From assembly GCF_009914755.1 (NCBI RefSeq), contig NC_060928.1: a DNA stretch of 64,000 nt; one strand, given 5' to 3'. The notes beneath the pieces were generated by a model, which worked only from the letters and a program-made list of their open reading frames with translations, searched no databases and was not told the DNA's origin. Shown here in pieces: positions 43,342 to 62,139 of the stretch. Both the position numbers and the translations under genes were made by a program. This DNA is from the human T2T-CHM13v2.0 reference genome, Homo sapiens. Every line of letters begins with the position of its first letter. Position 1 is the first letter of the stretch.

Positions 43342-45838
43342 ACTACCATCTTGAATTGCAGCTCAGTTTTCTTCTAAGAAATAATACCAAAGTTGGATTG
43401 TAGTTATTTCAATAGAGCTATCTCTGTCCAGTAATATAGTGGCTAGGCAGTTTGCTGAAAGAATGAATAAAATACAAATACATCTCCTTAAAAACATGGC
43501 AGAGATGACAAGATAATACAAAATTTTAGGGCCAAAGTCAAATTGAAGACAGAAGCCCAGGGAGATAAGTATAGCAATAGAGTTGTTTTTGTCAGAAGGG
43601 GACTTGCCAAAACCTTGATTTTTCTAATCTAGTGGAGTATGGGATCAAAAGAACAGAATTCCCTCAAAAGACAAAGACCAGAGTTCTTCTAAGTTGAGGA
43701 GTCTGATAGGAGAACTCCAGAAAGCTGAACTCAGATGGCATTTGCCTCATTCTGTGAGGAACAAGAGGAAAATCTCCCTTTCCACCTTCCCTACCTTAAA
43801 GAGATTATAGGAATTTAGTCTTGATGCTTCAAAGAGCGGGAGTGGGATGGGAAATTCAACTGAAGAGTTGTAACTCTAAGCCAGCATGGATTTGGTGTCC
43901 AAAGATGTATATTTTGGATTGTCCATAAAATCCCAAACCATAAATTTATTGTATTTCATTGATTCTGTCATGCACTTAATCCTCCCTGCCCCCACATTTT
44001 ACATCAAAATGTACCCGAGGATCAACAATGTCTTCAATTCAATGAAATATTGAACTGTAAAATTTCCTGGTGGAAGCATAGACGAACCTTCTCTGGAGTA
44101 ATACAACTTCATCTTCATCTCAGAGAATTCACACAAATAATTTTTCAGGAAAATGAGTAGCTCCCTATAAACAATTACTGACCATACAAGAAATGAAGCA
44201 TAGTAAGTGTGGTAGCCAGCAGAACAAAACAGCCAGGAGGAACATATTCTATAAATTAATTAGGCTATTAGAAATTGACAGATTAAAAGAGGAAGAAACT
44301 TTTGATAAGTATGTTTAAATAAATGATAGACAAGTCTGAGAGTATCTTCAGATAGGAAATTGTATGTATAAAGACCTAACAGTTTGAAAATGAGTCAAGT
44401 AGATAACCCATAAATGATGTGAATTTCTAAATTTACATAGTGTTTTTCATTTTTCCCTTAATGATGACAAAGTGAGATGGTTATGTTTCCCATTCTGTAT
44501 ATTTGTGGCTTCCTAAATTTATGGTACAAGATCTGAGGATTTGCCTTTTGAAGACAACTTTTATACATTTCATGTATGTTAGTAATCGTAACGCAATCCC
44601 TCTCTGTGGAAAACTTTATTATTTCTTATTCTTCTGTGGAAAAAAATACTTTTTATATTTTAGGGTCATATCTTCACTATGGGCTGTTTTGCTCATTTTT
44701 TCTGTATTCTTATCTACCTCCGAAGTGTGAAAAATGGCCTTGTGACTTGTTAGTTGGGATTCTGGGAGCATTGTTTCTTCCATAAAGGAAATATTGTTGA
44801 CTAAGCATAATATAGATTATACTCTACCTATGTTATACATTGACCCTCAACCCACTAACCTAGAAATGTGCACACATTGCGTGGGAGGTGATATTCATAG
44901 CTGTGCTTTGAGGATGGTGCTGGTTATAACATAAACCAGCACCACCCTGGTTATAACATAAAAATAAAGGAGGCTTCTTTTCTTGGGTGTTGGTTTTCTT
45001 CATTTGAAACTCCAGCCCTAGAAAACTCATGCCTTTGTTCAAAAATGTGAGTTGGTGACACACTGGCTGTTAGGTAGATTCAGTATAGGACAATTATGCA
45101 CCTGTTGTACTGCTGGTGTTTTAGTAGCAGCATTTTGCATATGAACTATAGCATTTCAAAGAATCATTTTGATTTACTTTCATTTCTGACTCCTTTTGTA
45201 CTTGAAAATAATACAAAAAATGAGAAATCTCTAAGAATTTGTTTTTGTCATTAAGGATATTTCTACGTATTATATTTTGCAGAAATAACTTTTTACACAA
45301 GTCTGTTTCTGTAGAGGCAAACATCTTTGTAATCTTCTTTGAGTTGAGGGATATGATTTGTTTTCATACCTTCCCTGTCAGTAACTGCTCCAGCATAACA
45401 GTATGAGTCAAACTCATTCCCTGAAACTCTTTTTTTTTTCCTTAGGCGTTGATGGGTGAATGTGAAAATTGTACATCTCTGATGGCTGCTAAATCTCTTT
45501 GCCTTTCTAAATGACAAGGGGTAAATGGAATTTGTTTTTCCCTTAATTTGACAGCATTTCCTTGTCAAAGGGTTCCTTCTTAGATAATTCGATAATTAGG
45601 TGACAATTACAGCAGATGTTTAAAAAATTTTCTTTGGGGGTTTCCAAAGTTTTTTAGACCTCAAAGTCATGTCATCCACCATAGCCACATAAAGACAAAA
45701 AAAGTGGCTGGGAGAATGTAGGATGGATGAGCTATAGCTCATTAGTACTATGCTTTATATCCAATCAACTGAAGCCACAAGGCCAAAGATTGATACTGCT
45801 GCTGACATGAATATCTGTGAAGATGGAATACCCTAAGT

Positions 45839-46052
45839 CAGGGTTTATCAACAGTGGTACTACTGATATTTTCGACTGGACGCGTCTTCATTTTGGGAAG
45901 CTATCTTGTCCACTGCCGGATGTTTAGCAGCATTGCTGGCCTCTAACCAATAGATTCCTTCAATTGTGACACTCAAAAAGCTTCTGGACTTTGCCAAATA
46001 TTCCCAGGGGTGGGGCGAGGGGACAGAAATTGTGCCTGGTTGAGAACCACTG
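45839..46052. mobile_element. MER20 (hAT-Charlie)
   Basis: TIRs cagggtttatcaac / gttgagaaccactg; internal ggatgtttagcagcat. Confidence 0.85.
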
Positions 46053-46233
46053 CTCTATGTCACTGTCATCAATCCTGGTCTTATGCAAGCTTGGGAAGAG
46101 AGATACAGAGAGGCATCAAGAATAATAGTCCATGTGATTTTAGTAGGCTAGGCTGAGATTGATGACTTCGTAAAGTGTCAGCTTCATCTTGTTTTATTTT
46201 TTATGCTAACAAATTTCTCGTTTCCTCCTGTAG

Positions 46234-46319
46234 TTTTCTGGTTCCTATGAACAGAAGCAGAATTTTTTCACAACAGAAAGTGAAGCAACGAAGTTTTGAG
46301 GGTTGCTCCTCATTTAATG
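46234..46319 (+). other. Best candidate exon (86 nt)
   Basis: Branch point tgctaac (46204-46210), pyrimidine tract and tag|; donor ATG|gtgagt; single open frame FLVPMNRSRIFSQQKVKQRSFEGCSSFN. Confidence 0.6.
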
Positions 46320-46329
46320 GTGAGTCAAA

Positions 46330-46580
46330 GAGGCAGCATAGAGAGGATATATGAAGGTTAAGAGCTAAGGATGTGGATTCTGGAGCCAGACTGCCTAGTT
46401 TGGAAGCCAGCTCCCCATGTTAGCTGGCTGATCTTGGCAAAGCACTCACCTTCCGCTTGCCTCTACCAATAACATAGGGATAATGACAGAGTCAGTTTAA
46501 GGAGTTGTGAGGACTAAATGAGATAATATGTATAAAATGCTTAGAAGAGCAGTTAGTGCATAGAAATGGTAGTAGATAAG
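46330..46580 (+). mobile_element. MIR
   Basis: gaggcagcatag...tctggagccagactgcctagttt...gttgtgaggactaaatgagataat. Confidence 0.85.
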
Positions 46581-46976
46581 TATTAAAGGAGATAAAAAGG
46601 TGGTTTTTTTTCCAGAAGAAAAAGGATACTTAAGTTGATTAGGAATTTTGTTGTCTGTAACTTCATTAACATAATCAACCCATTCCAAGTTAACAAGCTC
46701 TTTGACAACGACTGATTTAACGTTACCATCATAGCAGAGGTGCATCACAAATGAAGTTTGATGTGCCTTAAGTGAATCCGTGATTCTTAAAACACAAAAA
46801 AGTGATTACTTACAGTTTCCTGATATAAAATAGTTGGCCCATAAATGTAAGTTAGTCCTATCCTCAAACACTATTAGATAAGGATTTGATTGAAAATTTG
46901 TCTTCACTTGCTATAACCATCAAACCTGTACCGTATCTTAGTCTTAACCCAGAGATGACAAATACTTATTAGGCAC

Positions 46977-47455
46977 TGATGCAGGCAGGTGAGCCCCGAC
47001 ATGGAGTTTAGCTCATGAGAGGGCTTGGTTTTGCCCAGGAAAGAATTCAAGGACAAGACAGAGGTAGAAGAAAACAGCTACTGAAGAGGCAGTGCTACAG
47101 CTCTAGCAGTGGGTTCTATGGCTGCTCTTGCAGGGCAGGGTTACCCCTTAGGCAGAGACTAGCAGCTCAGGTCAGTTTTGCAGTCATATTTTTATCCACT
47201 CTTAATTGCATGCAGATTAAGGAGTGACTTATGCAGAAATTTCTAGGGAGGGGGTAGTACCTTTAGGTCATTAGGTCACTGCCACAGAAGGGGGTGATAA
47301 CCACGGGGTGTTGCCATGGCAAGAGTAAATTGACATGGCACACTATTGGACATGTCTGATTGAAAGCTGCTTTGCCCAGGCCCTGTTTTAGCTAGTCCTC
47401 AATCTGTTCCGTGTCCAAGCCCCACCTCTGGAGTCAAATCCCACCTCCTACCTCA
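46977..47455 (-). mobile_element. MER66-family (ERV1) solo LTR
   Basis: Minus strand starts TGAGGTAGGAGGTGGGA...GAGGACTAGCTAAAACAGGG; TSD gcac/gccc. Confidence 0.75.
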
Positions 47456-47469
47456 GCCCCTTGCATGTA

Positions 47470-47542
47470 TTAGGTTAGTACAAAGGTTATTGTGTTTTTT
47501 GCCATTAATAGCAAAAACTGCAATTACTTTTGCACCAACCTA
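47470..47542. mobile_element. MADE1 (Hsmar1 MITE)
   Basis: ttaggttagtacaaagg...ttacttttgcaccaaccta with TA flanks. Confidence 0.9.
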
Positions 47543-48309
47543 TAGTTATAAGTATCTGGCCAGGACATCCAAGCCAAAGGAGCACAGCACACATATATGA
47601 AAGCTAGAGGGGGCCATCCTGCGGGAGGATCAAGTAAAGAACACACACAAAGAAGACTTAACTAACAGTCGCTCGAATCGTGAGTCCACTGAAGTTCTTT
47701 TTATTCAGGGTTAGAAACACATAGAGAAATTCAGCTATAACACGAAGCACCATTTAACTGCAGCAATATAATATTTTTGCAGTTTAGGTTTAAAAAATAG
47801 GTAGATATCAAGTTTTTATTATTTTTTACTATTGTAAGTACAGATACTTGGGATTCATAGAACTGGCAACTACGCCTGGACTTCTGTTGGAAGCAGGAAT
47901 TCATGCTGAGTTCCATTCCTTTTCTAAAAGAAGTTATAAAAAGCCCAAGTGAAGTCAGATATTATGTGGATATTTTTTTTTATAGCAACAGTAAGTAACT
48001 TCCACTTTAAGATCCTGATGGTGGATATGATTTTAAAGTATGAAGGAAATACAAAATGTCTAAAATATTTCAGGGCTTAAGGGCATGAATGAAAAGAATT
48101 TGGTGTGTGGTGTGTATTGAGTCAAGTTTAGGTAAAAAACAAAGGCATCAAGACCTCCGCAAGGCTCTTCCTGTGGCATGAATCACACAGTAGGGAGCTT
48201 ACCTGGGCACCTTTCTTAAAGGTATGCCACTTGTCTGTGATAGGAGTGCTTGTTGGGTTGGCTTTTGTTCAGTTAATCCTCTAAAACGATTTCAAAGGGG
48301 CTTCTGAAT

Positions 48310-48586
48310 TTTTTGTTTTGTTTTACTTTTTTTGAGACAGGTTCTTGCTCTGTTGCCCAGGCTGGAGCGCAGTGGCATGATCTCTGCTCACTGCAACCTC
48401 CACATCCTGTGCTCAAGTGATGCTCCAACCTTGGCCTCCCAAGTAACTGGAAACACAGGCGTGTGCCACCATGCCCAACTAATTTTTGTATTTTTTGTAG
48501 AGACAGGGTTTTTGCATGCTGTCCATTCTATTCTCAAACTCCTGTGCTCAAGCGATTCTCCTCCCAAAGTACTGGGTTTACAGACC
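48310..48586 (-). mobile_element. AluJ
   Basis: ttttgagacaggttcttgctctgttgcccaggctggag...gctcaagtgatgctcc. Confidence 0.9.
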
Positions 48587-49748
48587 TGATATTTTTAAAG
48601 ACAACAGAAAAGCATAGGTTTGGGAGAATTAAACGTGTGCTAATAGAAAAGTATTACACAATTACTAGTTTACTAAACAATTAGCTATATACACATTTGC
48701 TATGAGTTGTACTTTACAAAATTAGTTGAGTCTAAAAAACACACGCATGTATGTTTATTTTTCTCTAAATGAAACTAAATATCCATGCTCCCCTTTCTTG
48801 CTGTCTTCAAATTAGTGGAAAATTCAACTTGAGTCATTTTAGTGCACATTCTCTCTCTTATGATGGTTATGTATTAATCCACATATACCTCTCAGGAGGT
48901 GTGAGTTTACTGGGAAAACAGGTGAATGCCTCTAACTGTCATCCCCTCCTAAATGCCCTCTGTAGATTCTTGAAGGTGAACAATTTCACTGCCGCTGTGC
49001 CAGGCAGGGCATATGGGCTCTGCTGAGACTGGGACCCTGGTGTGCAAGGTCCAGCCCCAGGATCCGATATTACTCTTCTGTGTCCTACATTTTTCTCTTA
49101 CGACATTTATCCTAACACAAGGGTGTTTTTATTTTCTCTGTATGCAATACCCTGCTGTTAATTATTACATAAGTCTTTATCAATCACACTTTATAGCTTT
49201 AACTCCCCAGGTTCCTAATTGGTTACTAAAGGTTTGTTCCTCACTGCAGGCTCTGAAAATGCCATCCACACTGCCAGTTACCACCTATGGCTGTGCTCTC
49301 TAAAATCTCTCTTAGCTTTGTCTACCCTTTTCTTTACACTAGCGGTAAGAGGTTGTTATAGATAGGGTTGGGTTTTTGGCAGGAAAAGAACAGCTTCCAG
49401 GCTAAGAAATACCTGAAAAAATTCACCCTGTGTGCCAAAGCCATTTCTTTTGGATGCCTCCAGTGTCAAGCCAGTGTCAGAGCTATTGCGGCGGAAGCAG
49501 CCACATTCATTGCTTCATACGTTCTCTGGATGATATTCAAATGAACAGGACAAAGCTGCATGAAGAAAATCCAGGGTTCAGTTTTCCATTTACCAAAAAG
49601 GCTTGAATGACAGATGTCCACATTTTCCTAATTTTTCTTTTTGCAGTATTTTATTATTTTCTCTCAACACGTTTTTTGTTTGTTTTTACTTAAATCTTCA
49701 ATCTCCTATACATTTTTCTCAAGGGTATAGCCTAGTCTATTTCCTTCA

Positions 49749-50148
<400 letters not shown>

Positions 50149-51602
50149 TTAATTCACATCCCTTGCAGGGGAATGGGGGTACTCATTGAATTAAAGTTTA
50201 AACTTATAATGAAAGACTATTCACTTAACAAGTATCACACCAGCACAAGATGAAGCAAAACTAGGCTATTTAGTTTGCAATGTGCTCGTCTTCGTATTAG
50301 AACACCTCTACTTAAACACAAATTATTATGCTGATAAATATCAATCATTAAAGAGGCCACCTTACTTTCTACTATATTAAGCTTATTATCTTACGTAGCA
50401 CCTGAAATACTTGAGGTCATATTTTTATTGAAACACATATACATGGGTTTTTCTTTTTTTATTATTATACTGTAAGTTCCAGGGTAAATGTGTACAACAT
50501 CAGGTTTGATACATATGTATACATGTGCCATGTTGGTGTGCTGCACCCATTAACTCCACATTTACATTAGGTATATCTCCTAATGCTATCCCTCCCCCTT
50601 TCCCCCACCCCATGACAGGCCCCCATGTGTGATGTTCTCCACCCTGCATCCAAATGTTCTCATTGTTCAATTCCCACCTATGAGTGAGAACATGTCGTGT
50701 TTGGTTTTCTGTCCTTGCAATAGTTTGCTGAGAATGATGGTTTCTATCTTCATCCATGTCCCTACAAAGGACATGAACTCATCATTTTGTATGGCTGCAT
50801 AGTATTCCATGGTGTATATGTGCCACATTTTCTTAATCCAGTCTATCATTGATGGACATTTGGGTTGGTTCCAAGTCTTTGCTATTGTGAACAGTGCTGC
50901 AATAAACATACATGTGCATGTGTCTTTATAGTAGCATGATTTATAATCCTTTGGGTATATGCCCAGTAATGGGATGGCTGGGTCAAGTGGTATTTCTAGT
51001 TCTAGATCCTTGAGGAATCGCCACACTGACTTCCACAATGGTTGAACTAGTTTACAGTCCCACCAACAGTGTACAAGTGTTCTTATTTCTCCACATCCTC
51101 TCCAGCACCTGTTGTGTCCTGATTTTTTAATGATTGCCATTCTAACTGGTGTGAGATGGTATCTCATTGTGGTTTTGATTTGCATTTCTCTGATGGCCAG
51201 TGATGATGAGCATTTTTTCATGTGTCTGTTGGCTGAATAAATGTCTTCTTTTGAGAAGTGTCTGTTCATATCCTTTGCCCACTTTTTGATGGGGTTGTTT
51301 GATTTTTTCTTATAAAGTTTTTAAAGTTTTTTGTAGATTGTGCATATTAGCGCTTTGTCAGATGGATAGATTGAAAAAATTTTCTCCCATTCTGTAGGTT
51401 GCCTATTCACTCTGATGGTAGTTTCTTTTGCTGTGCAGAAGCTATTTAGTTTAATTAGATCTCATTTGTCTATTTTGGCTTTTGTTGCCATTGCTTTTGG
51501 TGCTTTAGTCTTGAAGTCCTTGCCCATGCCTATGTCCTGAATGGTATTGCCTAGGTTTTCTTCTAGGGTTTTTATGGTTTTATGTCTAACATTTAAGTCT
51601 TT

Positions 51603-54717
<3,115 letters not shown>

Positions 54718-55202
54718 TTAATCCATCTTGAATTAATTTTTGTATAAGGTGTAAGGAAGGGGTCCAGTTTCAGCTTTCTACGTATGGCTAGCCAGTTTTC
54801 CCAGCACCATTTATTAAATAGGGAATCCTTTCCCCATTTCTTGTTTTTGTCAGGTTTGTCTAAGATCAGATGGTTGTAGATGTGTGGTATTATTTCTGAG
54901 GGCTCTGTTCTGTTCAATTGGTCTAGTTTGAAGTCAGGTAGCATGATGCCTCCAGCTTTGTTCTTTTGGCTTATGATTGTCTTGGCAATGCGGGCTCTTT
55001 TTTGGTTCCACATGAACTTTAAAGTAGTTTTTTCCAATTCTGTGAAGAAAGTCATTGGTAGCTTGATGGGGATGGCATTGAATCTATAAATTATCTTGGG
55101 CAGTATGGCCATTGTCGTGATATTGATTCTTCTTATCCATGAGCATGGAATGTTCTTCCATTTGTTTGTGTCCTCTTTTATTTCACTGAGCAGTGGTTTT
55201 TA

Positions 55203-56559
<1,357 letters not shown>

Positions 56560-57614
56560 TCAATTTGTTTGCTCTTGCTTCTCTAGTTCTTTTAATTGTG
56601 ATGTTAGGGTGTCAATTTTTGATCTTTCCTGCTTTCTCCTGTGGGCATTTAGTGCTGTAAATTTCTCTCTACACACTGTTTTAAATGTGTCCCCAAGATT
56701 CTGGTATGTTGTGTCTTTGTTCTCGTTGGTTTCAGAGAACATCTTTATTTCTGCCTTCATTTCGTTATTTACCCAGTGTCATTCAGGAACAGGTTGTTCA
56801 GTTTCCATGTAGTTGTCCAGTTTTGAGTTTCTTAATCCTGAGTTCTAGTTTGATTGCACTGTGGTATGAGAGACAGTTTGTTATAATTTCTGTTCTTTTA
56901 GAATTGCTGAGGAGTGCTTTACTTCCAATTATGTGGTCAATTTTGGAATAAGTGCAATGTGGTACTGAGAAGAATGTATATTCTGTTGATTTGGGGTGGA
57001 GAGTTCTGTAGAAGTCTATTAGGTCCATTTGGTGCAGAGATGAGTTCAAGTCCTGCATATCCTTGTTAACTTTCTGTCTCATTGATCTGTCTAATGTTGA
57101 CAGTGGGGTGTTAAAGTATCCCATTATTATTGTGTGGGAGTCTAAGTCTCTTTGTAGGCCTCTAAGGACTTGCTTTATGAATCTGGGTGCTCCTGTAGTG
57201 GGTGCATATATATTTAAGATGGTTAGCTCTTCCTGTTGAATTGATCCCTTTACCATTATGTAATGGCCTTCTTTGTCTCTTTTGATCTTTGTTGGTTTAA
57301 AATCTGTCTTGTCAGAGACTAGGATTGCAACCCCTGCTTTTTTTTGTTTTCCATTTGCTTGGTAGATCTTCCTCCATTCCTTTATTTTGAGCCTATGTGT
57401 GTCTCTGCACGTGAGATGGGTCTCCTGAATACAGCACACTGATGGGTCTTGACTGTTTATCCAATTTGCCAGTCTGTGTCTTTTAATTGGGAGCATTTAG
57501 CCCATTTACATTTAAGGTTAATATTGTTATGTGTGAATTTGATCCTGTCATTATGATGTTAGCTGGTTATTTTGCTCAATAGTTGATGCAGTTTCTTCCT
57601 AGCATCGATGGTCT

Positions 57615-58639
57615 TTACAATTTGGTATGTTTTTGGAGTGGCTGGTACTGGTTGTTCTTTTCCATGTTTAGTGCTTCCTTCAGGAGCTCTTGTAAGGCAG
57701 GCCTGCTGGTGACAAAATCTCTCAGCATTTGCTTGTCTGTAAAGGATTTTATTTCTCCTTCAGTTATGAAGCTTAGTTTGGCTGGATATGAAATTCTGGG
57801 TTGAAAATTCTTTTCTTTAAGAATGTTGAATATTGGCCCCCACTCTCTTCTGGCTTGTAGAGTTTCTGCCGAGAGATCCACTGTTAGTCTGATGGGCTTC
57901 CCTTTGTGGGTAACCTGACTTTTCTCTCTGGCTGCCCTTAACATTTTTTCCTTCATTTCAACCTTGGTGAATCTGACAAGTATGTGTCTTGAGGTTGCTC
58001 TTCTTGAGGAGTACCTTTGTGGCATTCTCTGAATTTCCTGAATTTGAATGTTGGCCTGCCTTTATAGGTCGGGGAAGTAAGTTCTCCCGGATAATATCCT
58101 GAAGAGTGTTTTCCAACTTAGTTCCATTCTCCCTGTGAATTTCAGGTACACCAATGACATGTAGATTTGGTCTTTTCACATAGTCCCATATTTCGTGGAG
58201 GCTTTGTTCATTTCTTTTTACTCTTTTTTCTCTAAACTTCTCTTCTAGCTTCATTTCATTCATTTGATCTTCAATCACTGATACCCTTTCTTCAACTTGA
58301 TCAAATTGGCTACTGAAGCTCGTGCATGCATCACATAGTTTTCATGCCATTGTTTCCAGCTCCATGAGGAAGGTCTTCACTACTCTGTTTATTCTAGTTA
58401 GCCATTCGTCTAATCTTCTTTCAAGGTTTTTAGCTTCTTTCCGATGGGTTCGAACATCCTCCTTTAGCTTGGATAAGTTTGTTATTACTGATCTTTTGAA
58501 GCCTACTTCTGTCAACTCGTCAAAGTCATTCACCATGCAGCTTGGTTTCATTGCTGGTGAGGAGCTGCATTCCTTTGGAGGAGAAGAGGTGCTCTGATTT
58601 TTAGAATTTTTCAGTTTTTCTGCTCTGGTTTCTCCCCAT
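57615..58639 (-). pseudogene. L1 ORF1p, disrupted
   Basis: EIWDYVKRPNL and RISYPAKLSF fragments in different frames. Confidence 0.92.
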
Positions 58640-60168
58640 CTTTGTGGTTTTATCTACCTTTGGTCTTTGATGATGGTGACCTATAGATGGGGTTTTGGTG
58701 TGGATGTCCTTTTTGTTGATGTTGATGCTATTCCTTTCTGTTTGTTAGTTTTCCTTCTGACAGTCAGGACCCTCAGCTACAGGTCTGTTGGAGTTTGCTG
58801 GAGGTCCACTCCAGACCCTGTTTGCCTGGGTATCACCAGCGGAGGCTGCAGAACAGCAAATATTGCAGAACAGCAAATGTTGCTCTCTGATCCTTCCTCT
58901 GGAAGCTTTGTCTCAGAAGGGCACCTGGCTGTATGAGGTGGCAGTTGGCCCATACTGGGAGGTATCTCCCAGTTAGGCTACTTGGTGGTCAGGGACCCAC
59001 TTGAGGAGGCAGTCTGTGTGTTCTCAGATCTCAAACTCCATAATGGAAGAAACACTACTCTCTTCAAAGCTGTCAGACAGGGACGTTTAAGTCTGCAGAA
59101 GTTTCTGCTGCCTTTTGTTCAGCTATGCCCTGCCCCGAGAGGTGGAGTCTACAGAGGCAGGCAAGCCTCCTTGAGCTGCGGTGGGCTTCAACTAGTTTGA
59201 GCTTCCTGGCCGCTTTGTTTACCTACTCAAGCCTCAGCAATGGCAGATTCCCCTTCCGCAGCCTCACTGTTGCCTTGCAGTTTGATCTTGGACTGCTGTG
59301 GTAGCAGTGAGCAAGGCTCCGTGGGCATGAGATCTGCCAAGCCAGCTGTGGGATATAATCTCCTGGTGTGCCATTTTCTAAGACCATTGGAAAAGCACAG
59401 TATTAGGGTGGGAGTGTCCCGATTTTCCAGGTACCATCTGTCACGGCTTCCTTTGGCTAGGAAATGGAATTCTCCAACCCCTTGCACTTCCTGGGTGAGG
59501 CAATGCCCTGCCCTGCTTCGGCTCACACTCCATGGGCTGCATCCACTGTCCAACAAGTCCCAGTGAGATGAACCTGGTACCTCAGTTGGAAATGCGGAAA
59601 TCACCCGTCTTCTGCGTGGCTCACTCTGGGAGCTATAGATTGGAGCTGTTCCTATTTGGCCATCTTGGAGGGATCTCAGGTTTTTCTGTTTAAAATAAAA
59701 GGTGGTCATAGTCTTCAGAGTGTATATTTGGAATAAAATGTATTGAATCTGGAAAACATTATTTAATGAAAAATTAATATCATTTAAGCATAGAAACAAA
59801 TTTTATATATACTTGTTGAATTAATGCCTTCAGAATCTAAGAAAACCTCATTTAGTTGGTACATCCTCTTTAGTTTCTGTTTATCTTGAGTTTACTGATT
59901 TTGTCCTAAACAGAATGAAATATCATTATCTGAAGTATATAAAACCACATCTTTAAAAAATGAAACTGAACTATCATTTCAAAATATTTTATAGTCTTCA
60001 CTTAAACCATTGATTGAGAATCAACAGGTTTTTTAAGGCAACAACTATGAATATTTTTAAATCTTTGGAGACTCAGTGGTTTGAGTTTTCATAGATAATA
60101 TGATTAATCTGGATTCTGATTTAAGACAATCTTACTTTAAGGGCAAATTAAGAATCTTTCTACTGAAG

Positions 60169-60205
60169 ACCACCTGACCATCTGGAATATTTTTACTGCT
60201 GTCAG
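60169..60205 (+). other. Weak candidate exon (37 nt)
   Basis: Donor CAG|gtaaat; weak AAG acceptor; phase-compatible with 46234-46319 (DHLTIWNIFTAV). Confidence 0.2.
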
Positions 60206-61289
60206 GTAAATCACCTTCAAAATGAGGACTGGATTTTGTTAAAAAGGGATGACTTCTGACTGCAAACCCTCTCTTAAGAACATTTTGTTTTCTTTTTCCT
60301 GATAAAGTCCATTTTGTAACTCTCTTAAGGACATTTCATAAGCAATAGCACATGGCCTCCTTTTGAGTACTGCTCTAAGGATGGTTCAATGAGACTTTTG
60401 ATGACAATTAGGTTGATGCCTAGAATTCACAGTGAGAGGAAGTTCTAATACATTTTGAAATTCCCAAGATATGTTCTTGACTGCCTTTAGGCACCTGAAA
60501 TTATTACATAAGATTTACTACTTCATCTAATATGAAGATATTTGGTGCATTTGTAGAACTTTTGAAGGTGCTTTTGTCTCCAGTATCATTATTCATGGAT
60601 CAAGGATTTTAAATAATGCGAATTGAGTGAATCAACAGTCATGCTGCTGTGTGTGCTTCGGGCAATCCTCTGTTTGGCAGATTTTTAGATGTCATCCAAA
60701 GCAGCTCACCAGCAGCACCTTTTAATTGAACCCCATTGGCACCCACCATGACCCAAGAAAATGCCTTGGCTAATGAGATTACATCATACTGTGTTAGAGA
60801 ACTTACAGTATCAAATTCCCATATAAATGCAAACTATAACATCTGTGTAAAAGTAGATAGTCAGAATTTAAATATTTCTTCATATATGCTGGCCTTTGCA
60901 CTGTCTGCAATTCTCTGTTCCCAGGCACAAAATCTATTAGAATTGCATACAGGAACTATTGCCTCCTCTCTTGTATGATTTTTGTTGATTTTGATAAGGT
61001 TCGTATGATTTTTCCAAACCATACAATGATTTGGAAGCTTGGGGGAGATCTCTCATGATATTCTTTCCCTCTCCACCATAAGACTTGGCACGTGGTTGCC
61101 ATTCAGTAAGTAGTGACCAAAGAGTAGAATAAAGAGCTTTTCCAAGGAAGCAAGTTTCACCAATTCAATACATTGGAAAGCAAGAATTGTATCTTTTGCT
61201 TCAAATTTTTAAAAAGTTTTAAATAATTTTCAACACCTACTCAAACTTTGGCTATCTCACAATACTATTATTTCATTGAGCAGTCATTA

Positions 61290-61770
61290 GATAGTTTTTA
61301 AGCATCTACTATATTGCAAGCCCCTTGCCAGTTTCCCCAAGTACGAAGATGAGTGGCATGTGATCTCTGAATGCAAAGCTCTCTGACCAATAGGGAAAAG
61401 ACACGTGAAAACCATTATAGAGTGAGCTATGTGTGCTATGGTGCAATAGCACACACAGTGCTATAGGTTTGCAGAGGAGAGTGTATTAAATGGTTCTTGG
61501 CCTTGTGGATAGGGATGAACCAGATGGTGAGGGATAACTTAAGACAGATTCTTTGGTGAAGGATGTTGAAGAATGTTCCAGGTGGACAAGGGAATGATCC
61601 TCCAGGCAGATAAAGTGGCTTTTATAGAGGTACAGGGGATTGAAAGTCCTATTTGGAATTGAAGCATTTGAATGGGTTGTGAGAAGGTGCTGCTGGAAAG
61701 AACAGCTTCATCGTGATAGATTTTATATGTTGTAGTACATTTGGAGTTATTTTTACAGGCAGTGAACAAG
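61290..61770 (-). mobile_element. L2 fragment
   Basis: ttaagcatctactatattgcaag followed by purine-rich antisense L2. Confidence 0.6.
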
Positions 61771-61835
61771 GCTTCATATTAATTTTGCAGGTCCATTATG
61801 TGCAAATTTCCTTGAAGGCTTAAGTGAAGATATTT

Positions 61836-62139
<304 letters not shown>

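Noticed and set aside
44531-44573. Possible exon reading SEDLPFEDNF, like a methyltransferase LPF motif
   Set aside because: Weak AAG acceptor, an in-frame stop just upstream and no SAM-binding motif nearby.
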